From positions 1 to 13,464 of the forward strand of contig CBFGIY010000066.1 in assembly GCA_965648935.1 (NCBI GenBank): a DNA stretch of 13,464 bases. Reading direction: 5' to 3'. Below are positions 8,176 to 13,464 of the stretch, piece after piece. The notes below the pieces were generated by a model, which saw nothing but the letters and a program-made list of their open reading frames with translations, searched no databases and was not told the origin of the DNA. Each line of letters starts with the position of its first letter. Within the stretch, counting starts at the first letter, position 1. The translations under genes and the position numbers were made by a program. The DNA is from a candidate division WOR-3 bacterium. GTDB taxonomy: Bacteria; Hydrothermota; Tepidihabitantia; Tepidihabitantales; Tepidihabitantaceae.

Positions 8176-8922
8176 CTACATCAGCATCCCGCCGTCAACA
8201 CGGATGACCTGCCCGGTGATGTAGTCCGCCAGCGAAGAGCAAAGGAAGAGACAGGCCCCGGCCACATCGGCCGGTGTCCCGGCCCGCTTCAGAGGCAACG
8301 CCGCGAGGTAAGCCTCACGCGTCGCCGAATCCAGCTTCTCGGTCATCGCCGTAGCGATGAATCCAGGTGCGACTGCGTTGACGGTGATGTTGCGCGCGGC
8401 CAGCTCCTTCGCAGCCGACTTCGTCAGACCGATGAGGCCGGCCTTGGCCGCGGCGTAGTTGGTCTGACCGGCATTGCCCATCTGACCGACTACCGAAGTG
8501 ATATTGACGATTCGACCCCAGCGTGCCTTCACCATGGCCCGCGCCGCAGCGCGTGTGAAGTAGAACGCGCCGCGCAGGTTCACGCCCAGAACTCGATCGA
8601 AGTCATCGTCACCCATCCGCAGGATCAGGGCGTCGCGGGTTATGCCGGCATTGTTAACAAGGATGTCAATCCCGCCAAGCTCGGCAAGAACCGCCTCGCC
8701 GGTCGCATTGACCTGCGCTGAATCAGCTACATCGACCGCGTACGCGCGGGCAGTGCCGCCTGCAGCACCGATCTCAGCGGCAACGGCTTCGGCCGGCGCT
8801 CGCACGACATCGCAGACCGCCACCGCGGCCCCGGCCCTCGCCAGCGTGAGCGCAATCTCCCTGCCGATACCCGCGCCAGCACCGGTGACGACGGCACGAC
8901 GGCCATCAAGCGCTATTCTCAT
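8176..8922 (-). CDS. fabG: 3-oxoacyl-[acyl-carrier-protein] reductase
   Basis: Classical SDR/FabG motifs TGAGAGIG, LVNNAGITRD, SVVGQMGNAGQTNYAAAKAG, NAVAPGFI and YITGQVIRVDGGM. Start is ATG 8922 (alternative GTG 8925) after TGAGG. Confidence 0.9.
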   Translation of the reverse strand: MRIALDGRRAVVTGAGAGIGREIALTLARAGAAVAVCDVVRAPAEAVAAEIGAAGGTARAYAVDVADSAQVNATGEAVLAELGGIDILVNNAGITRDALILRMGDDDFDRVLGVNLRGAFYFTRAAARAMVKARWGRIVNITSVVGQMGNAGQTNYAAAKAGLIGLTKSAAKELAARNITVNAVAPGFIATAMTEKLDSATREAYLAALPLKRAGTPADVAGACLFLCSSLADYITGQVIRVDGGMLM

Positions 8923-8929
8923 CACGCCC

Positions 8930-9283
8930 TCACTTCTTCTGCCCGCCCTCGGGAGCGACCATCTGGCAGTTGCCCTGGAACACGCAGTCGCGCTGTATCA
9001 CCAGTCCCTTGCATGAGATATTGCCGAGCAGCTGAGCGCCGGCCTGCATTTCCACAGTGCCCGTGGCGTTGATGTCGCCCTCAACACGACCGGCAATGAC
9101 CGCATCGCGTGCGTGCGCTTCACCCTTGAGCAGTGACCGCGGACCAGTTTGAAAAGTCTCGGTAACGTCGACTCGGCCCTCGACCTGGCCGTCGAGACGC
9201 AAGCTGCCGCTCACACGCAAGTCACCCTTCACGATCGTGTCCGGACCAATGACCGTATCCAGCTTGCCTTCGTCTTTCGCCAT
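8930..9283 (-). CDS. Bactofilin (polymer-forming cytoskeletal protein, DUF583/CcmA family)
   Basis: Beta-helix pattern TVIGPDTIVKGDLRVSGSLRLDGQVEGRV...VIAGRVEGDINATGTVEM...GNISCKGLVIQRDCVFQGNCQM. ATG at 9283 with SD GAAGGGAG (9295-9288) is preferred over the track start at 9307. Confidence 0.9.
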   Translation of the reverse strand: MAKDEGKLDTVIGPDTIVKGDLRVSGSLRLDGQVEGRVDVTETFQTGPRSLLKGEAHARDAVIAGRVEGDINATGTVEMQAGAQLLGNISCKGLVIQRDCVFQGNCQMVAPEGGQKK

Positions 9284-9296
9284 AGGACTCCCTTCA

Positions 9297-9316
9297 GGCA
9301 AGGTCACAACCTTGCC
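9297..9316. promoter_or_regulatory. Perfect 8-bp inverted repeat in the predicted 5' UTR of bactofilin-fabG (operator or mRNA hairpin)
   Basis: GGCAAGGT-CACA-ACCTTGCC lies between the predicted promoter and the SD. Confidence 0.45.
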
Positions 9317-9333
9317 GGCAGTTCACTTTCTCG

Positions 9334-9361
9334 AGTATAGATTCAGTCCAGAGGCTGTCAA
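9334..9361 (-). promoter_or_regulatory. sigma70-type promoter for bactofilin-fabG-regulator
   Basis: Minus strand TTGACA (9361-9356), N16, TATACT (9339-9334). The -35 box contains the TGA stop of the upstream phosphorylase gene. Confidence 0.7.
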
Positions 9362-10680
9362 ACAGACAAAGATGGACGCGACGGGCGCGCGAGAACGACA
9401 TCGCTTGACCGGGGCGCGACCGGGCCAAGCACGATGACCTTGGCCAGCCCGTCTGCGGCTGCCTTGACGCGGGCCTCGTCCATACCCTGCACCTCGGCCA
9501 GCAGGTCGCCGCGCGCGGCGCGCGCGCCCACCTTGCTGTGAAAGACAAATCCGGCCGTAGGGTCAACCTCCGAATCGAGCGTGGCCCGACCGATACCCAG
9601 CGCGACACCGAGCCGCCCAACGGCCAGCGCGTCCAGTGAACGAACGTAGCCAGATGCGGTGGCGCGCACCTCTGCCCGGTGCGCTGGCTGAGGCAGCATA
9701 CCGTAGTCCTCGATCACGGCCGGGTTTCCGCCCTGCTGGCTGACCATCACACGGAACCGCTCCAGTGCTTTGCCCGACGCCAGCGCACGTAGCAGCAGCC
9801 TTCGCGCCTGCGCCTCGCTGCGCGCCAGCCCGGCCAGAAACAGCATCTCCTCGCCAAGCGCGAGCGTAACCTGTCTCAGGTCGTCCGACCAGTCTCCCTT
9901 CAGCGCCTGAATCGCCTCAACCACCTCGACCGAGTTGCCGACCGCCCTGCCGAGCGGCTGCCACATCGCCGTGATGAGTGAAGTCGTACGTCGCCCCATT
10001 TCGGCGCCGATCCTCATCATCGTCCGAGCGAGGCGCCGCGCCTGCGGCAGTTTTGGACAGAAGGCGCCCGAGCCAACCTTGACGTCCAGGACCAGTCCAT
10101 CGATGCCTTCGGCCATCTTCTTCGACATTATGCTCGCGGCAATCAGCGGCACTGAATCGACCGTTGCGGTCACGTCCCGCAGCGCGTACATCTTGCGGTC
10201 GGCCGGGCACAGCCGGTCGGTCTGCCCCATCATCGCCACTCCGGCCGCATCAAGACAGCGTCGAAACTCGGCATATCTCAGGTTCGTCCGAAACCCCGGT
10301 ATGGTTTCCAGCTTGTCCAGCGTCCCGCCGGTGTGGCCCAGGCTACGGCCCGAGACCATTGGCACGACAACGCCGCACGCCGCGGCCAGAGGCGCCAGAA
10401 CCAAGGAGACCTTGTCGCCAACACCGCCGGTCGAGTGCTTATCCACCTTCGGTCCGCTCAGCTCGGACAGGTCAAACACATCGCCGGAATGCATCATCGC
10501 GGCGGTCAGGTTGGCCGTCTCCTCGAGAGAGAGACCACGCACGCAGACCGCCATGAGCCAAGCGGCCATCTGATAGTCAGGCACGCGGCCGGCCGTGTAC
10601 TCCCGCACGAGCCAGTTCAGCTCGTCGCCGTTCAGCCGCCCGCGGTCGCGCTTGCGCTTGATGAGTTCGTATGCGTTCAT
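9358..10680 (-). CDS. pdp: Pyrimidine-nucleoside phosphorylase / thymidine phosphorylase
   Basis: Motifs IKRKRD, PDYQMAAWLMA, DKHSTGGVGDK, SGRSLGHTGGTLDKLE, YALRDVTATV and ASIMSKK. Start MNAYELI at 10680 matches the family N-terminus; the track ATG at 10698 falls inside the predicted -10 box. pdp and deoA cannot be firmly separated by eye. Confidence 0.92.
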   Translation of the reverse strand: MNAYELIKRKRDRGRLNGDELNWLVREYTAGRVPDYQMAAWLMAVCVRGLSLEETANLTAAMMHSGDVFDLSELSGPKVDKHSTGGVGDKVSLVLAPLAAACGVVVPMVSGRSLGHTGGTLDKLETIPGFRTNLRYAEFRRCLDAAGVAMMGQTDRLCPADRKMYALRDVTATVDSVPLIAASIMSKKMAEGIDGLVLDVKVGSGAFCPKLPQARRLARTMMRIGAEMGRRTTSLITAMWQPLGRAVGNSVEVVEAIQALKGDWSDDLRQVTLALGEEMLFLAGLARSEAQARRLLLRALASGKALERFRVMVSQQGGNPAVIEDYGMLPQPAHRAEVRATASGYVRSLDALAVGRLGVALGIGRATLDSEVDPTAGFVFHSKVGARAARGDLLAEVQGMDEARVKAAADGLAKVIVLGPVAPRSSDVVLARPSRPSLSV

Positions 10681-10693
10681 CTGAAGACGCGGA

Positions 10694-10721
10694 ATCATAC
10701 CGTCCGCTCTGTCCGAGTCAA
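10694..10721 (-). promoter_or_regulatory. sigma70-type promoter for pdp
   Basis: Minus strand TTGACT (10721-10716), N16, TATGAT (10699-10694). Confidence 0.65.
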
Positions 10722-10764
10722 CGCGATGCCGTCGTCGCCTCCGGGCAAGGCAGTCCGCGTCGAG

Positions 10765-10792
10765 TTGACAGCAGTCCTGCCCCGGCTAGAAT
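10765..10792 (+). promoter_or_regulatory. sigma70-type promoter for the rpmF-plsX operon
   Basis: TTGACA (10765-10770), N16, TAGAAT (10787-10792). SD GGAGG at 10816-10820. Confidence 0.75.
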
Positions 10793-10824
10793 CGACACTG
10801 CAAGAAGCGAAATCCGGAGGACTA

Positions 10825-11016
10825 ATGCCGTTACCCAAGAGAAGGCACTCGAAGCAGCGCGGCCGCAAACGCCGCACGCACTGGAAACTGACCGCGCCGA
10901 CCGTGGCTGACTGCCCGCATTGCCACGAGCCCAAGTTGCCGCATCGTGTCTGCCCGCACTGCGGCTACTATGCCGGCAAGGAAGTGCTGTTCGTGGAGAA
11001 GTCAAAGAAGGACTGA
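10825..11016 (+). CDS. rpmF: 50S ribosomal protein L32 (zinc-ribbon form)
   Basis: 63 aa, MPLPKRRHSKQRGRKRRTHWKL...CPHC...PHRVCPHCGYYAGK, with a strong SD, directly upstream of plsX. It is the 3' end of the track ORF 10333-11016. Confidence 0.97.
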   Translation: MPLPKRRHSKQRGRKRRTHWKLTAPTVADCPHCHEPKLPHRVCPHCGYYAGKEVLFVEKSKKD

Positions 11017-11066
11017 TCCCCGAGACGCCGGTCTTCTGAGCTGAGTTCCTCACTGTAACCGACCCG

Positions 11067-12062
11067 ATGAAGATAGCCCTCGATGCAATGGGCTCGGACA
11101 GGGCCCCGCACGTCGAGGTCGAGGGCGCGGCCGCGGCCGTTGCCGGCGCGGCCGACCTCGAGGTGCTGCTCGTCGGCCAGGAGCAGCTCGTTACCGGCAT
11201 ACACGGCGGCTTGCCTGACCGTGTCACTCTCGTAAACGCGGCCGAGACCGTCGGCATGCACGAATCGCCCTACGAAGTTGTGAAGCGCAAGCGCAATTCA
11301 TCGATGGCGGTTGCGATGAACTTGCTCAAGGAAGGCAAGGTCCAGGCGGTCGTCAGCGCCGGCAACACCGGCGCGGTGATGGCCTTTGCTGTCACCATGC
11401 TGGGCGTGATTCCTGGAGTGTACCGACCATCGCTGGCCGTGTTGTTCCCGACGAGTCGGGGCAGCACACTGGTCCTTGACGTCGGGGCCAACGTCGACAC
11501 GAAACCGCTGCAGATCTTCCAGTTTGCCCTGATGGGCGCGACCGCAGCGGCCTACCTGATGCGCAAGGCGAACCCCTCGGTCGCGATCCTGAGCAACGGC
11601 CGCGAAGAGACTAAGGGCAACGACCTGACTCTGGCGGCCGCCAAGCTGCTGAAGGATTCCGATCTTAACTTCACCGGATACGTCGAGGGCAACGACCTGC
11701 TGCAGGGAACTGCCGACGTCGCCGTCTGCGACGGCTTCGTCGGCAACATCCTGCTCAAGTACGCCGAAGGAATGGGCGAAGTGCTGTCAACGATGCTCGA
11801 CGGTTACCTCGACTCGACGACAAAATACCGCATGCGTCGCTGGCTGTCCAAGCCTGTGCTGCACGAGTTCATCGAGCGGCTTGATTACGAACGTCAGGGC
11901 GGTGCCCTGATGCTGGGCGTCAACGGCACCGTCATCTGCGCACACGGCCGCTCGACTTCCCGCGCAATTGAGAACGCCCTACACACGGCACGCGACGCTG
12001 CCCGCGGCAATCTGACCGAACACATTCGCGAGCGCTTCGCCCGCACCGAGGCTGCGGCGTGA
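11067..12062 (+). CDS. plsX: Phosphate acyltransferase PlsX
   Basis: Motifs IALDAMGSD, VSAGNTGA, LDVGANVD, NFTGYVEGND, VCDGFVGNILLK and GGALMLGVNG...HGRS. Conserved rpmF-plsX synteny. Confidence 0.96.
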   Translation: MKIALDAMGSDRAPHVEVEGAAAAVAGAADLEVLLVGQEQLVTGIHGGLPDRVTLVNAAETVGMHESPYEVVKRKRNSSMAVAMNLLKEGKVQAVVSAGNTGAVMAFAVTMLGVIPGVYRPSLAVLFPTSRGSTLVLDVGANVDTKPLQIFQFALMGATAAAYLMRKANPSVAILSNGREETKGNDLTLAAAKLLKDSDLNFTGYVEGNDLLQGTADVAVCDGFVGNILLKYAEGMGEVLSTMLDGYLDSTTKYRMRRWLSKPVLHEFIERLDYERQGGALMLGVNGTVICAHGRSTSRAIENALHTARDAARGNLTEHIRERFARTEAAA

Positions 12063-13201
12063 AGAAGCTGCTCGCCTTCCCGCTGCTCCTGCTGCTCGCG
12101 GCCTGCAATACCCTGCCTGTCGGCTTTGACGAGATACGCGACCGTGTACCCGACGACAGCGTCCTCGCGATTCTGCCCGACACGGCCGCAGGCTATGCGC
12201 GTTACGTTCCTCTGGGAGCCGCCGAGCGGCTGTACTTCGGGTCCGACACCGCCTACCGCTCGCGCGTGCTGCTGCGCTTCGTGCTGCCCGAAACGCTGAA
12301 CCTCGACTCCATTGCCTCTATTGTCCTGGTCCTGCACACGACCGACAGCGCCCGCGTGCGCTTCACCTGCCGTCCCTGCTCGACATCGTGGAACGAATCC
12401 GGCGTGTCCTGGCTTATGGCCGACTCGTTCAACCACTGGATGACTCCGGGCGGCGACTACTGGAACGTGAACCTCGGCACCGACACGACCGGCCCGGACA
12501 GCGTTGTGCTGCCCCTGGCCTACCGGACCCTGACCGAGGAACAGCGGACCGCCGTGCGCGAGAACGGAATAGTGCTCTTCCCTCTTGACACCGGGTTCTG
12601 CCGAGTCCAGTCGCGCTCGAGCGCCACCAAGGGACCGCGACTTCAGGTGAACTATGTCGACGGCAAGACAACGCTGAAGTTCAGCGCGGTCGGCAACGGT
12701 CTCATCGTCGACACGTTGCGCGTATCGGTCGCTCCCACCGACCTGCTGATCGGTTCCGGCATCGGCTTGCGCAGCCAGTTCGTCTTCAAGCTCGACTCGA
12801 TACCGGCTGCGGCCACCATCACCCTGGCCGAACTGCGTTTCCTGCCCCAGACCCGCTACCGCCGCTCGGACACGCTGACCTTCACCGCCCACCGTCTGAC
12901 CGAGTCATTCTCCGGCCGAGCCGGGACGGCGAAGTTCATCGAAGCAGCGGCCGCGCGGGCGCAGTACTTGCCGCCCTCTGACGGCGACACCGCAGTCAGT
13001 CTCGACCTGCGATCGCTTGTCCAGTTCTGGATCAGGCGCGACTCGAGTTACGGACCAAAAGGCGATTCCAACTACGGTCTGGTGCTCAAGGCGACGCCGG
13101 AGTGGGCCGAGTTCTTCCGCCTGCGAATACCCCGTTCCGGTCCGAACGCGCCACGGCTGCACGTGCAGTACGTCCTGCCGCCCGGCGACCGCTTCCGATG
13201 A
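12059..13201 (+). CDS. Lipoprotein with two DNRLRE-like beta-sandwich modules, function unknown
   Basis: GTG start overlaps the plsX stop (GTGA). Signal peptide II MKKLLAFPLLLLLAA-C. Module 1: RSRVLLRF...WNESGVSW...WMTPGGDY...NGIVL...PRLQVNY. Module 2: RSQFVFKLDSIPAAATITLAEL...NYGLVLK...PRLHVQY. Confidence 0.7.
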   Translation: MKKLLAFPLLLLLAACNTLPVGFDEIRDRVPDDSVLAILPDTAAGYARYVPLGAAERLYFGSDTAYRSRVLLRFVLPETLNLDSIASIVLVLHTTDSARVRFTCRPCSTSWNESGVSWLMADSFNHWMTPGGDYWNVNLGTDTTGPDSVVLPLAYRTLTEEQRTAVRENGIVLFPLDTGFCRVQSRSSATKGPRLQVNYVDGKTTLKFSAVGNGLIVDTLRVSVAPTDLLIGSGIGLRSQFVFKLDSIPAAATITLAELRFLPQTRYRRSDTLTFTAHRLTESFSGRAGTAKFIEAAAARAQYLPPSDGDTAVSLDLRSLVQFWIRRDSSYGPKGDSNYGLVLKATPEWAEFFRLRIPRSGPNAPRLHVQYVLPPGDRFR

Positions 13202-13464
13202 CGCGCACCCTGACAACCCTCGTGCTGTTCTGCGGCACGCTCTCAGCCCAGTCGTTCTTCAATCCGCGCGGCCTGGGCGAAGCCGCCGCTCCTGCCGATG
13301 CCCGCCTCCGCGCGCTGGGCGCTCCTGCTGCGCTGAGTCTTGCCAACCCGGGCTCGGCAGTCCGAGCAGACCGCACAACCCTGCTTTTCGGAGCCCTTTT
13401 CTCTTCGGCGATCGGCACGCAGGGCGAACACAGCCGCGGGCTTCTCGGCATCCGGCCGACCGGT
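13198..13464 (+). CDS. 5' part of a secreted, probable outer-membrane beta-barrel protein (FadL/OmpP1/PorV-like N-terminus), truncated by window end
   Basis: Not in the ORF track. ATG overlaps the previous stop (ATGA) and the frame is open for 89 codons to the window end: MTRTLTTLVLFCGTLSA-QSFFNPRGLGEAAAPADARLRALGAPAALSLANPGS... It has a signal peptide plus the GLG...ARxxALG...NP pattern seen at the N-terminus of these barrels. Confidence 0.65.
   Translation, partial: MTRTLTTLVLFCGTLSAQSFFNPRGLGEAAAPADARLRALGAPAALSLANPGSAVRADRTTLLFGALFSSAIGTQGEHSRGLLGIRPTG

Noticed and set aside
7909..8721. 270-aa plus-strand ORF
   Set aside because: Antisense to fabG. Such open antisense frames are common for GC-rich SDR genes.
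10333..10824. Long N-terminal extension of L32 in the 227-aa track ORF
   Set aside because: It overlaps pdp antisense and both promoters. The real start is ATG 10825 with SD GGAGG.
11894..12892. 332-aa minus-strand ORF
   Set aside because: Antisense shadow of the lipoprotein gene with no recognisable domain.
1..13464. CRISPR array, tRNA/rRNA, IS element or prophage genes
   Set aside because: No spaced direct repeats, cloverleaf, terminal inverted repeats, transposase, integrase or phage motifs were seen. Intergenic gaps are all under 150 bp and are explained by promoters or hairpins.

Overview
GC-rich bacterial chromosomal segment, probably from a diderm FCB-related lineage such as WOR-3 (inferred from a T9SS-type C-terminal sorting domain; no taxonomic marker is visible). 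The left half holds a secreted gingipain-like C25 cysteine protease (1960-5403, +) flanked by two paralogous TPR-GAF regulators on the minus strand. One is an intact TPR-GAF-AAA+-HTH sigma54-type enhancer-binding protein with a non-canonical GAATGV loop (5462-8155). The other is a broken copy (87-1852) carrying a 5-bp duplication frameshift, two internal amber stops and no visible AAA+ domain. The right half is housekeeping: bactofilin-fabG (apparently co-transcribed with the intact regulator), pyrimidine-nucleoside phosphorylase, and a divergent rpmF-plsX operon. That operon continues into a DNRLRE-like lipoprotein and a probable FadL/PorV-like outer-membrane protein instead of fabH/fabD. Five sigma70-type promoters can be read directly, four with a 16-bp spacer. 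No rRNA, tRNA, CRISPR array or transposase was seen. All family calls come from motif recognition by eye, not database searches.
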